64,000 nt of DNA. Source: Eledone cirrhosa. Taxonomy: Eukaryota. The DNA lies in NCBI GenBank assembly GCA_964016885.1, contig OZ024743.1, positions 377,456,001-377,520,000 on the forward strand, given 5' to 3'. Below are positions 27,066 to 40,928 of this stretch, piece by piece; position 1 is the first letter of the stretch, and every line of letters starts with the position of its first letter. The notes under the pieces are model-generated. The model worked only from the letters and a program-made list of their open reading frames with translations. It was not told the DNA's origin and made no database searches. A program made the translations under genes and the position numbers.

Positions 27066-28460
27066 CTACAACAGTATTTAATACTCCTACTTCACCTCTC
27101 ACTACAACACTATTTAGTACTCCTACTTCACCTCTCACTACAACAGTATTTAATACTCCTACTTCACCTCTCACTACAACACTATTTAATACTCCTACTT
27201 CACCTCTCACTACAGCACTATTTAATACTCCTACTTCACCTCTCATTACAACACTACAACACTATTTAATACTCCTACTTCACCTCTCACTACAACAGTA
27301 TTTAATACTCCTACTTCACCTCTCACTACAACACTATTTAATACTCCTACTTCACCTCTCACTACAACACTATTTAATACTCCTACTTCACCTCTCACTA
27401 CAACACTATTTAATACTCCTACTTCATCTCTCACTACAACACTACAACACTATTTAATACTCCTACTTCACCTCTCACTACAACACTACAACACTATTTA
27501 ATACTCCTACTTCACCTCTCACTACAACACTATTTAATACTCCTACTTCACCTCTCACTACAACACTATTTAATACTCCTACTTCACCTCTCACTACAAC
27601 ACTACAACACTATTTAATACTCCTACTTCACCTCTCACTACAACACTATTTAATACTCCTACTTCACCTCTCACTACAACACTATTTAATACTCCTACTT
27701 CACCTCTCACTACAACACTATTTAATACTCCTACTTCACCTCTCACTACAACACTATTTAATACTCCTACTTCACCTCTCACTACAACACTATTTAGTAC
27801 TCCTACTTCACCTCTCACTACAACAGTATTTAATACTCCTACTTCACCTCTCACTACAACACTATTTAATACTCCTACTTCACCTCTCACTACAACACTA
27901 TTTAATACTCCTACTTCACCTCTCACTACAACACTATTTAATACTCCTACTTCACCTCTCACTACAACACTATTTAATACTCCTACTTCACCTCTCACTA
28001 CAACACTATTTAATACTCCTACTTCACCTCTCACTACAACACTATTTAATACTCCTACTTCACCTCTCACTACAACACTATTTAATACTCCTACTTCACC
28101 TCTCACTACAACACTATTTAGTACTCCTACTTCACCTCTCACTACAACAGTATTTAATACTCCTACTTCACCTCTCACTACAACACTATTTAATACTCCT
28201 ACTTCACCTCTCACTACAACACTATTTAATACTCCTACTTCACCTCTCACTACAACACTATTTAATACTCCTACTTCACCTCTCACTACAACACTATTTA
28301 ATACTCCTACTTCACCTCTCACTACAACACTATTTAGTACTCCTACTTCACCTCTCACTACAACACTATTTAATACTCCTACTTCACCTCTCACTACAAC
28401 ACTATTTAATACTCCTACTTCACCTCTCACTACAACAGTATTTAGTGCTCCTACTTCACT
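27066..28460. repeat. 36-bp minisatellite, ~38 units, decaying to ~28790
   Basis: Unit CTACAACACTATTTAATACTCCTACTTCACCTCTCA, contiguous with no spacers. Confidence 0.95.
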
Positions 28461-28639
28461 CCTACTACAACAGTATTTAATACTCTTACTACGACTCTAT
28501 TTAGTACTCCTACTACAACACTATTTAGTACTCTTACTACGACTATATTTAGTACTCCTACTACAACACTATCTAGTACTCCTACTTCACTCCTACTACA
28601 GCCAAATTTAGTACTCTTACTTCACTCCTTCAACAATTA

Positions 28640-28704
28640 TGCTTGATCGTGATGGATGGCGTGCTAGGCTCGTGAATATCCGAGCAAGCTCGACCAGATG
28701 ATGA
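28640..28704 (+). mobile_element. Tiny LINE 3' end
   Basis: Encodes MLDRDGWRARLVNIRASSTR with a tgatga tail. It is inserted in the flank of the minisatellite. Confidence 0.5.
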
Positions 28705-28986
28705 CTTCACTCCTACTACAACACTATCTAGTACTCCTACTTCCCTCCTACAATCACACTGTCCAGTACTCCTACTACACCTCTCCCTACAACAATACTG
28801 ACGTTAAGATTCTGCTAGAAGAAAGGACGTCTTCCAGTCTTCCAATCTAACTTCAAGAGTGACGAGTTGTTGCCAGAAGACAATGGTATTGGATAAACAT
28901 GGCGCCTGTAGGTTTCTATACAAACATTAATAACACAGAAATGGTGGAGAGATTAGCAATGACTGTTGACGTGGGTGGAGTCGGTG

Positions 28987-29980
28987 TTAGTAGTGAGTGA
29001 TGAGCGAGGGGGAGAGTGTTAGTGGAGATGTGATGAGAGAGGGGGAGAGTGACAGTAGAGATGAGTTGAGAGAGAGGGAGAGTGATAGTAGAGATGAAGT
29101 GAGAGAGAGGGGGAGTGTTAGTGGAGAAGAGATGAAAGAGGGGTAGGAAGAGAAACAGGGAGAATAGTATGTGATGAGAGTGATGAGGGTACGGGGGAGG
29201 GAGTAGTGGTGGAAAGAGAAGATTCTGTGAGAAGAAGGGAGAGAAAACATGAGGTGGGAATGAAGAAGGTGCGGAGAGGAAGAGAATAGTGAGAAGGAGG
29301 GTGTCTGTGGTGAGAGTGAGGTGGGTGAAGATAAGGGGAGAGAAGGCAAAGTAGAGTTTGTGGTGAGAGTGAGGGGTGGAGTAAGGGAGAAAGTGGTGGG
29401 GAGAGAGAGAGAAGAAGAAAGATTAGCGTCTGTGGGGAGAGGGAGAGAGAAGGGAGAGTCGCGTCTGTGGGGAGTGAGGCGTGGGGAGAGGGGGAGAGAA
29501 GGGAGAGTAGCGTCTGTGGAAGTGAGGCGTGGGGAGAGGGAAAGAGAAGGGAGAGTAGCATCTGGGAAAAGAGCGAGGTGGGTGAAGAAAAGGGGAGAGG
29601 AGAAGGCAGAGTAGAGTGATGGGTGGAGTGAGGGAGAAAGTGGTGGGGCGAGGAGAGTGTGGTGAGGAGAGGAAGAGAGAAGAAGGGAGTATGTGGTGAA
29701 AGTGAGAAGAGTCTGTGAGGGGAAGACAGAGTAGAGTCTGTGGTGTAAGTAAGGAGCGTGTCCGGTGAGGTGAGAGTGGGTGGGTGCGGTGAAGGAGAGA
29801 GTAGTGGGAAGAGCAGAGTCTGTGATGAGAGTGAGGAGAATCTGGGAGAAGAAGGGAGAGCAAAACATGTGGTGAGATTGTGAAGAAGGAGAGACGGGTT
29901 ACGAAGGAGAGAGAGGTTACGAAGAAGGAGAGAGAGGTTACGAAGAAGGAGAGAGAGAGAAGTAATGATGTGAAGAGAGA
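28987..29980. repeat. Purine-rich (GA/GT) low-complexity tract
   Basis: Strong strand asymmetry with short internal repeats. Confidence 0.8.
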
Positions 29981-30769
29981 TCACGGTTCCAACGGGAGAG
30001 AAACGGGATTTGGACAAGATTTAATCGAACTGGATTATTACTGATGATTTATTTGGTGTGCATCCTTCCTTTAATTAGGATCACACTATAAAATAAATGG
30101 AATAATTGATCAGCCTTCGGCCATACTGTATTTCCACGTCTTCACCTTCTTCAGTCAGTTTTAACTAAAAATAGCCTTCTTCTTGCCACTCAAATATTCA
30201 CTTTCTTACTTCAATTTTTGTTCATTTTTTTCTACTAATTCTAATTCTTCTTCTTCTTCATCTTCATTTTCTTCTTCTTCTTCTTCTTCTTCTTCTTCTT
30301 CTTCTTCTTCTTCTTCTTCTTCTTCTTCTTCTTCTTCTACTACTACTTTCTTTCTTCTCCTCCTCGATCACCATCATCACCATCTTTTTTTACTTTTTCT
30401 TCTTCATTTCTCTGTCTTCCTTTTCTTCTTCTTCATCTCTTTCTTCTATCTCTGCTTCTCTCTCTCTATATATATATATTATATATATTTTTTTTTTTTC
30501 AAATATAAACCAGCATTTTTTTTTTGAGACAAGGATTTCTTTTTTCGTTTTATTTTATTATTTTTTTGTTTGCTTTCATTTCTTCTTTCTTCTCTTTCTT
30601 TCTCTCTTCCTTTCTTTCTTCATTTCCTCCCTCCTTCCTTCCTTATTGTTTCTGTGTTTTATTTCAATCTTTATTTTATTTAGTGATTTAGTTTAATATT
30701 TCTCTCCTTATAAAAACAAAGGCAAAGCAACACAAAAATACAACTAAAGTCTATGTAAACAAGGAGGAG

Positions 30770-30800
<31 letters not shown>

Positions 30801-30894
30801 CATGCAGGCAGAGAGACAGAAATAGTGAGAGAGAGAGGGGGGAGAGAGAGAGATGGCCGATTGTCACACGCCGACGCGTTGTCAATTGTTTGGG

Positions 30895-30928
<34 letters not shown>

Positions 30929-30960
30929 CAGCAGTAGTGGTTGTAGCAGCAGCAGCAGTA

Positions 30961-31005
<45 letters not shown>

Positions 31006-31667
31006 CTATCGCCACCACCACTACCCCTACTACTACTACTACTACTACTACTGCTGCTACTACTACAAATACTACTACTACTATCGCCTCCACCACTACC
31101 CCTACTACTACTACTACCATCATCACCACCACCACCACTACTATAGCCGAATTCAAAATGGCTTCCAGCAACTGATTAAAGACCTTCCGATATTATTGTT
31201 GTGTTCTTTAATACACGAACAACGACTTAGTAAAAACAAAAAAAAATGTTTAAATTAAAATAAAAAAAAAAAAAGAAAATATTTTTTTTAAGTAGAAAAA
31301 TCCCAGCTCTTTTGATTGTGTCTTTCAATATTTGTATGTATCGGTTCACTGCGTGCAGCTAATTACGGGTGAGAAATATTCCCCCAAAAGCGTGATCTTT
31401 TCGTTACATATGCAATCATTCTTGATGTGTGTAGATGGATGTTAGTACAAGAATTCCTATGAGAATAAATGTGGAAAAAATGGCAATGTAGTCAGTCAAT
31501 ATATATATGATTGGTTAAACATTCGACAGTACACTTCAAATGTCTCGAGTCCGTCCTCTCCAATCACGAAAACAACTATTTTATTTGTTTAGATTTTTTA
31601 CAATACATCTCTCTTTATCTCACTCACACACAAACACTCTTTTTCTCTCTCCCTCTCCCTCTCTCCA

Positions 31668-31748
<81 letters not shown>

Positions 31749-31763
31749 ATATATATATATATG

Positions 31764-31808
<45 letters not shown>

Positions 31809-31825
31809 GAAAAATATGGGGAGAG

Positions 31826-31859
<34 letters not shown>

Positions 31860-31865
<6 letters not shown>

Positions 31866-32541
31866 ATATTTTGGGAGGGTCATGATGCTAATAAGAAACA
31901 CACGCACCAGTTGCTTTCACTTCAATTTATTATAAATTAAATTTATAAATTTCCGGTTGGTTGGTTGGTTCCACAACCAGATGATTGTTCATATATTGTC
32001 AAAGTTCTTTCGTCACACATTCTGTGACCTCTTCCGTGACTGGGGATTCTTTTCTTTGTTTTTGTGCCTCTCCTTTGTTCTGTCCTGCGCCATCTTGTTT
32101 TTGTGTGTGTTGTGTGCTTAGTTTGCGCATGTGTTACATCCGGGTGATGTGTGTGTTTATATTTGTTTATATTTGTTTATTTATTTGTTTATTTACATGT
32201 TACTGTATAGATAAGAAATGTATAATCTGTAAATTAAGCCCCCATATTAACTGTAAAACTAGAAATGTAGTATATAGCATAAGATGTACTGAAGGACAAT
32301 GTAGAGATAAGAATATAGTGTACATAGGTGAGACAGCTCGTAGTATAGGGGAACGGATAAATGAACACTGGCGAAACCTTCAAGATAGTAAAGAATCATC
32401 TGTACTCTACCAACATGCTAAAATAGAACATAAGGGTAAATTAGAGAACATAGAAATAAAAATTGAATCTACACACAGAAAAGACGCAATGTTTAGACAA
32501 ATCACAGAGGCAATAAACATAAATAAACTCCAACCAAAATT
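31860..32541 (+). mobile_element. Truncated copy of the 45-48 kb PLE: inverted pLTR + GIY-YIG fragment
   Basis: 32206-32541 matches ~48076-48410. 31860-32205 is the inverse of the element's 3' end. Confidence 0.9.
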
Positions 32542-32648
32542 CAGTCGTCGGGGTCCTGACTCTTTTCCTATTATCCATTCTACTACCCTAAGTATGGTCC
32601 ACCTGGTATCTTACCACACCCCCTTTGTTATCTATCTATCTATCTTTC

Positions 32649-32734
<86 letters not shown>

Positions 32735-33333
32735 TACAAAAAGATGTATAGATAGAAGAGAGACAGACAGACAGGCAGGCAGGCAGGCACGCAGATAGAT
32801 AGATAGAGAGAGGGCAAGAGAGAGGGTGAGTGAGAGAGAGAGAAGGAGAGGGAGAGCCAGACAGACAGACAAAGAGACAGACAGACAGACAGACTGACTG
32901 ACAGAGAGTGAGTGAAAGTTGTTTTGTCTTTCCATTTACTTTTAAATTCTTATCGTTCTCCTTCCTTACATATCAGATGAAGGATTTACGTGCGAAACAT
33001 TAAAAACATTTTTATTCGATTTTTTCCAAGCATTAAATTAAAGTTATTGTCACAGTGTCTGCTTATTTATGCATTGTTGTTGTTTTTAATTTTTGATAAC
33101 TCTGAAAATGTGTGTGTATGTGTATATATATATACACAGAAATATCCACGGTTAGTTGTGGGGTCTAGTCTGCATGAAGAACTCAATCTAATCCATATGT
33201 TGAAAATGTTGTAGGTTAAAATAAATCCCGGAAAACAATAAAACATCAAAAGGAAAACAGAGTCATGATATAAGTTAAAACAATGAAATAATTTCATTGT
33301 TTTAACTTATATATATATATATATATATATATA

Positions 33334-34200
33334 TTTCGTTTCTGAATTTATTTAGCAAGATTCTTTATCAGAAACCGATATTGTTATGCTTTGGGAGGGT
33401 CATGTTGCCAATCAGAAACACACGCACCAGTTGTGTCACTCCAATTTATTATAAATTAAATTTATAAATTTAAGAATTTATAAATTTCCGGTTGGTTGGT
33501 TGGTTCCATAACCGGACGGTTGTTCATATATTGTCAAAGTTCTTTCATCACACATTCTGTGACCTCTTCAGTGACACACACAAAAACAAGATGGCGTAGG
33601 ACAGAACAAAGGAGAGGCACAAAACAAAGAAAAGAATCCCCAGTCACTGAAGAGGTCACAGAATGTGTGACGAAAGAACTTTGACAATATATGAACAACC
33701 GTCCGGTTATGGAACCAACCAACCAACCGGAAATTTATAAATTCTTAAATTTATAAATTTAATTTATAATAAACTGGAGTGAAAGCAACTGGTGCGTGTG
33801 TTTCTTATTGGCAACATGATCCTCCCAAAGTATAACAATATATATATATTCGTTTTGAAAGATTTCTTATCTGAAAACGTGAGTTGAAACAGATATTGTT
33901 ATACTTTGGGAGGGTCATGCTGCCAATACTCACCTGTTGGTTTTCATCCCAATTTATTATAAGTTTGGTTGGTTGGTTGGTTGGTTCGATAACCGGAAGG
34001 TTGTTTATATATTCTCAAAGCTCTTTCGTCACACATTCTGTAACCTCCTCAGTGACTAGGTTTTTATTTTGTGTGTCTCTCCTTTGTTCTGTCCTACACC
34101 ATCTTGTTTTTGTGTGGTGTGTCTTGCGTGCTTAGTTTGCGCATGCGTTACATCCGGGTGTGTGTGTGCGTGTGTGTTTATTTATTTATGTGTTTATTTA
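33334..34200. mobile_element. pLTR-only fold-back (33334-33842) and a further pLTR fragment (33849-34200) of the 45-48 kb PLE family
   Basis: Arms 33378-33575 and ~33643-33842 are reverse complements and match 48590-48853. A tiny related fragment lies at 17697-17745. Confidence 0.88.
33643..33685 (+). ncRNA. Minimal hammerhead motif in pLTR (also 48657-48699)
   Basis: GTCA CTGAAGA g gtcac-agaatgt-gtgac GAAA GAAC TT TGAC. Helices I and II pair. Confidence 0.7.
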
Positions 34201-34487
34201 TCCCTCCTTGTCAGTTGACACACTTGGGATACTTTTTCTTCTATATTTGTGTAATTCGCCTAAATGTATAACTTGTCCTGTCTTTGTTTCTACCGGTTTT
34301 ATTACATCCCAATGTACACTGGAATGAATGGTAAAAATCTTAATGAACTGAAATTGTAGTGATTTCCAGAGGTTGACTGAGGAGATGGGACTGTTCGTAT
34401 TTCCGTTGTTTCTTTTTTGTTTTATTTTTTCATTGTCTTTGTCTTGCGCACCGCCTATTTTGAATATGATAATATATATACACACAA

Positions 34488-34528
<41 letters not shown>

Positions 34529-35534
34529 TGTGTATGTGTGTGTGGGGGGGGGGTATAATGTCGGGTCACTTTAGAGTGCTACTGGTAACATGTAACCCAG
34601 TACAACCTGTCGCATGGTCGGGTCGTCGGCGACTAAACCGGCAACCCCACCAACTTTACTTGGTGAGGAGGGTGATTTTGAACACCCTGCAGGACAAAAA
34701 ACAAAACCTGACAAAGGGCAGAAGAACTCATAAGAGTCAACGGCCATCCGAAAGTGTGTAAATATGTATATACACATGTACCGCGCGGTTGAACCACTGG
34801 GAGTGAAGGATCCCTAGCCTTTGTCAGGGCATTCTTCTCGGATAAGGCAACTCAGGAAACTGGGATAACTCCGATATAAAACCTGAGGCTCAGTAGTTAC
34901 CGATGATGTTGATCTTTTCTTCTTTTCGGGTTATAGCTACTGTCGCTCAGAGAGTGGGATTGGCTCAGTGCACAGTCTTTCCTCACTTTAAAAAATATCT
35001 TCACGCACAGGCATTGAACGATAGAATTAATTAATTGTTTCTACTTTTGGCACAAGGCCAGTAATTTACCCAGTGTATTACTGGTACTTTATTTTATCGA
35101 CCCCGTAAGGATGAAAGGCAAAGTTAACCTCGGGGGGATTTGAACTCAGAATGGCAAGGGCCATAACTCAATGCGTCAAAGCATGGCGTCCGACCCTCTA
35201 CCGATACTGCCAATCCACCGCCACAATAGAATTAATTAATAATTATTAATAATGGTATATCGTGCAATGGCCATACTCGATAACGAGGGGGCAGCCATCA
35301 TATATATATAGAGAGAGATATGTATATATATATATATATATACATACATGCATACATACATGTATACATATATACATACATGTATGCATGTATGTATGTA
35401 TGTATATATATTGTTTTTTTTCCCGTTGTCTTTGTCTTGTGCACCGCCTATTTTGAATGATAAGATATATACACACACACATATATATATGTGTGTGTGT
35501 GTCTGTATGTATGTATATATGTATGTTTGTATAC

Positions 35535-35593
<59 letters not shown>

Positions 35594-35625
35594 TGCATAC
35601 ATACATGAATGCATGTATGTGTATG

Positions 35626-35684
<59 letters not shown>

Positions 35685-35743
35685 GCATAGATACATACAT
35701 ACACACACATACACCCACACACACAGATATATATATATATATA

Positions 35744-35785
<42 letters not shown>

Positions 35786-36130
35786 TGGCTGTGTATTTAC
35801 AAAAACCTGTTCTATGTATTTGTATGTGTGTTTGGGTGTGTATTGTGTGTTTGTTTGTGTGTTGTAATGCAACAATGACAGAATGCACGGAACAATTACT
35901 AGTCAATACCCATTGTATTCTAACAATTTATTGTATAACACAATTGCACTCTCCCAATCAAGTATTGTATACTCTCGTTTCTTATATCTGGTACACTCAC
36001 ATCTCTCTTCATATCGTCAGGAAATATAGATCAATTAAAACAGTTACGTAGTCCCGTTAAGTTAATACATAGGCAAGCATTAAAAAATAAACGGAAGAAA
36101 ATATTTAAAAAAAATAGAAAGTGAGTTACA

Positions 36131-36253
36131 TACTCTGAGGTTTCGAATAATCGGCCTGTCCCCGCGATTATTAATTTTTCAAATTTTTTTCCACCCACCC
36201 GCTTATTCCAAATCCTCCCCAGCCTCACCCCTATTATTTAGGACCCAAGAGTA
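36131..36253. mobile_element. Short MITE-like element
   Basis: Imperfect TIRs TACTCTgaggttt..aataat / attatt.aggacccaAGAGTA. Confidence 0.55.
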
Positions 36254-36944
36254 TTTAAAGAATATCGTGTTAATTTAAGCAATTTTGCAGAAAAGCTTTA
36301 TGTAAGAAATAAAATATTGTTAGAGAGAAACTTAAACAGAATTGAAAATCTCTACGCATAGCGAAACTAATAATTGTTTCTGCTTTTGGCACAAGGCCAG
36401 CAATTATCCCAGTGTATTACTGGTGCTTTATTTTATCGATCCCGTAAGGAGGAAAAGCAAAGTTAACCTCGGCAGGATTTGGACTCAGGCCATAAAGGGC
36501 TGTACCTCTTTGCTGCAATCCACCGCCCTAGCGAAATTAATAATATTCAAAATTAAGTCTATATATAAACATTTTTGGTGTAAGGAGCATCTAGTGATAT
36601 TGTCCGTAGTAGTATATACATGAAAAAGCTATGTGCTGACATGGAATCAAATGAAAGCAGGAATGCTTATATGATCATTTTTTGTTGAAAAGAGTGAGCA
36701 CATATTGATACATAAAAAAAAACGCTGTTTATGTAACTAACAGATGGGGTTTATATAAAATCTCCCGAATAAGATCAAGTCAACGATAGACATACCCAAC
36801 ATAACGTGCCCAATATAAGTCCAATATAAACCCTTTCGATTACACCCTGGAGTTTGATTCATGTGCGTTTTGACCTGGATAACGCATTGAGTTTAATGCA
36901 CCTTGCTAAATATTAGTGGATTCTTCCACTTTCTTTGACTATGT

Positions 36945-37011
<67 letters not shown>

Positions 37012-37084
37012 AAGGTTGCAATAAATGCGTCCGTAGGCGGTTTGCCGTTTGAGTACTCGATGCTCACGCAGAGCAGAGTATATA

Positions 37085-37388
37085 TATTATAGATAACGAG
37101 GAATCAGTGATGCATCAAAACACAATTTATTAACATATTACATATGTTTCTCTGACGATCAGCTCAAGGCAGGATCTATTACAGATCGAACCTGACTCTG
37201 CATTCGCAAGGTCCTCAGATATGTTTATCGTTTTCAAAGCATTTCATCCATATCTGAGGACCTTGAGAATCCAGAGTTAGGTTCGATCTATAATAGATCC
37301 TGCCTTGAGCTGATCGTCGGAGAAACATATGTAATATGTTAATAAATTGTGTTTTGTTGCATCACTGATTCCTCGTTATCTATAATAT
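37085..37388. mobile_element. Fold-back element with a hammerhead motif in each arm (37249-37338 +; 37134-37223 -)
   Basis: CATAT CTGAGGA...GAAA CATATG TA ATATG tt AATAAA. Arms of ~140 bp are inverted. Confidence 0.82.
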
Positions 37389-37413
37389 ATATATGTATAT
37401 ATATATATGTATA

Positions 37414-37504
<91 letters not shown>

Positions 37505-37506
<2 letters not shown>

Positions 37507-38008
37507 AAAAGAATGAAACGAAATTTCATTTTTCACTCTTAGTACGGTTGATACCTAAATATAAGTATGTATACGTACATACATATATGTATACAGACGT
37601 ACAGTAGTATGTATATATATACATACATGCACACATACATATATGTACATATGGGTTTACCGAACATTTATTATAATGTTCGGTTTGTTTGTAAACAAAC
37701 AGCCCGATTACTCCGTGCAGTGGTCGGCAACCATCGTTGCCCTTTTGTTCAACACTGACACTGGAACGATGTACTAGTTTCAAGCTTATTAGCTATCGTC
37801 AGTATCGTATACCTTTCTGTCAGATGATTGAACGTTTGAAAGTATATACTTTCCTTATGCATATTAACGGCTGAACAGCAAACAAACCGAACATTATAAT
37901 AAATGTTCGGTAAACCCATACGTACATATATATATATATGTGTGCATGTATGTATATATATACATACTACTGTACGTCTGTACACATATATGTATGTACG
38001 TATACATA

Positions 38009-38010
<2 letters not shown>
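37505..38010. mobile_element. Second locus of the ~440-bp hammerhead element
   Basis: Minus-strand copy at 37505-37878 plus an inverted piece at 37880-38010, flanked by (TA)n. Confidence 0.85.
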
Positions 38011-38065
<55 letters not shown>

Positions 38066-38212
38066 TTTGAGTATATGTTGGTTGTATACCAACACCTCAG
38101 TATGCAGATTGGAGCACTCGACGAAGTGCGCATGTTGGTTTGGTTACTCCGGAGTAATGTAAAATAAAATAAAATAAATAAGTCAAATGTTTAAAATTTG
38201 GCTTCGTTTATT

Positions 38213-38267
38213 ACTGCTATATATATTTCGGTGACAGCCATCTTTGGCTGTGACCTCTTCAGGCAGT
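38213..38267 (-). ncRNA. Type I hammerhead motif + AATAAA
   Basis: ACTGC CTGAAGA ggt cACAGCCA aaga TGGCTGTc acc GAAA TATATA TA GCAGT AATAAA. The element's terminus (38066-38165) recurs inverted at 44385-44485. Confidence 0.88.
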
Positions 38268-39059
38268 CCGAATTAGTGTGTTAGAGACGAGCACACATGT
38301 TGTTGAGGTGTATAACTTTGTCAATACTCTGATATGCCCAGTTCCTGGTTGGGTTGTTGTTTCACTGAGGAACTGGAATCATATGAATTTAAACAAATGA
38401 ATTTCAGCGTCAAAGGACATCTTCTACTCTCATTGGTCAGTTGTGAGAACATTCCTCAGTCAAAAGTCTATAGAAATTCATTCTGAGGCAAGGCAACCTG
38501 TAGTGGTTGTTCTTGTTATTGTTAAGTACATCTGACCTAGTAAAAGATAATCTATTATGTTGGTAGTGGTGCTGGTGTTAGAGTCATCTCAAAAAAATGA
38601 TAAAGTGGTAGAAGGAATAAGGTGGTAAAGGAACAAAATAAAATAATCAAATAAAATGTGTGTGTGTTATACCCAATCTCAATGTTATAAAAATGTGTAA
38701 GGTCACTCCTCCCATTGGTCAGTTTTGAGAGCATTCCTCAGTCAAATGTCTACAGAAATTCTTTCTGGGGTGAGGTTCCCTGTAGTGTTTGTTTTTGCTA
38801 TTGTTAAGTACATCTGACCTCTAGCCTTATTTTGGTAGTGTTGTTAGTATTGCGGTCAGCCTATGTCTTGCTGCTGCTGACATTTAGAAGTATCTGTGTG
38901 TTTTTTCATCCATCCTGCCACCATCTCTCGTGGTGGTGGTGAGGGGGGTTCTGCCATTTATATGAAGAAATAATAAGGAACGATCGACTTTCGTCAAATC
39001 GGACCGAGGGAACAATGTTTCCGTCGGTCTTTCCAATTGCTAATACTATCTATCGGTCG

Positions 39060-39191
39060 CAACTCCAGGTAGAAGGAGCAACGTGAAATAAAGTGTCTTG
39101 CCCAAGGACATAACGCATCGCCTGGTCCAAGAATCGAACTCACAACCTTACGATTGCGAATCCAATTCTCTAACCACTCAGCCACACGCCT
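39060..39191 (-). mobile_element. CORE-type tRNA-derived SINE (diverged copy at ~2076-2380 +)
   Basis: GTGGCTGAGTGG..GAGTTCGATTC..tgtccttgggcaagacacttta. Confidence 0.8.
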
Positions 39192-39592
39192 TCATATGAA
39201 GAAATAGAAGGCAATAAAATGAAGAAAACAGAAAATAAATAATAAATAGAAAATAAATGAAAAATTGATTAATGAAAAATGAAAAATGGAAATTGAAAAA
39301 TGAAAAATGAAAAATGAAAAATGAAAATGAAAAGTGGAAAATAGAAGTGAAGATTCAAATAAAATAAAATGTGTGTGTGCTATAACCAAACTCAAGGTCA
39401 GAAAGATGTTGAATGAAGTGGTAGGAGGAACAAGATGGTAAAAGAATAAAACGAAATAAGATAATCAAATAAAATGTGTGTGTGTTATAACCATTCTCAA
39501 CTTAAATAGAAGGCAATAAAGTGAAGAAAACAAAACAAATGAAAATCAAGTAAAATAAAATGTGTGTGTATTATAAAGATGTTGGCCAAATT

Positions 39593-40300
39593 AGCTTGAA
39601 ACTAGTACATCGTTCCTGTGCCAGTGTTGAACAAAAAGGTGACGTGGTTGCCTAAACACAGTACGGCGTAATTCGGGCTGTTATAATAAATGTTCGGTAA
39701 ACCGATACGTGCATATATATATGTGTGCATGTATGTATATATATATACATACTACTGTCCGTCTGTATACATATATGTATGTACGTATACATACATACTT
39801 ACATTTAAGTAACTGCCGTACTAAGAGTGAGAAATGAAATTTCGTTTCATTCTATTCCATTTATCGTTTTCGGTGCGCCCGGCCGACTAAACTCACTCGA
39901 TATGCAAATTAGGTTGCTCAGCCGTTAATATGCATAAAGAAAGAATATACTTTCAGACGTTCAACCATCTGGCAGGAAGGTATACGATGCTGACGATAGC
40001 TAATAAGCTTGAAACTAGTACATCGTTCCTGTGCTAGTGTTGAACAAAAAGGTGACGTGGTTGCCTAAACACTGTACGGCGTAATTCGGGCTGTTTGTTT
40101 GTTTACAAACAAACCGAGCATTATAATAAATGTTCGGTAAACCGATACGTGCATATATATATGTGTGCATGTATGTATATATATATATACATACTACTGT
40201 ACGTCTGTATACATATATGTATGTACGTATACATACACACTTACATTTAAGTAACTGCCGTACTAAGAGTGAGAAATGAAATTTCGTTTCATTCTATTCC

Positions 40301-40306
<6 letters not shown>
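39593..40306 (+). mobile_element. Third locus of the ~440-bp hammerhead element (1.6 tandem units)
   Basis: agcttgaaactagtac at 39593 and 40006. The copy ends ccattTATATA. Confidence 0.85.
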
Positions 40307-40398
<92 letters not shown>

Positions 40399-40638
40399 AA
40401 GCAAATTATAAATGTAAACATGTAAGTATGTTTTTGAAACGGTGCGCGAGTTTGAAAATTAGAAATTAGAAATTATAAGCTTTCACCGTATTTTAGACGA
40501 AAGAAATCTCTAGCCTGATAGTGGGGTTTTTATAACCCTCGGAGTCATGGAAAAGATGAGTGTTGCCGTACATGTACGGCAACACTCATCTTTTTCCATG
40601 TCTCCGAGCTTATAATTTCTAATTTCTAATTTCTAATA

Positions 40639-40703
<65 letters not shown>

Positions 40704-40793
40704 TTTATATATGTATTAATATTTATATATTTGATATATATTTATCCTTATCGAGCCCTCTTTGGATTTTAGTCTTCAAATTTATTATTATTA

Positions 40794-40827
<34 letters not shown>

Positions 40828-40832
40828 CTAGT

Positions 40833-40928
<96 letters not shown>

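Noticed and set aside
27066-28460. CRISPR array (36-bp repeats)
   Set aside because: The repeats are contiguous with no unique spacers, there are no cas genes, and the context is eukaryotic.
28987-30017. ~295-aa Ser/Leu/Pro-rich ORFs
   Set aside because: Open in several frames because of the pyrimidine-rich strand. No domain or splice evidence.
30825-31175. Ser/Thr-rich ORFs (also 44025-44408 and 57397-57867)
   Set aside because: Trinucleotide microsatellite translations.
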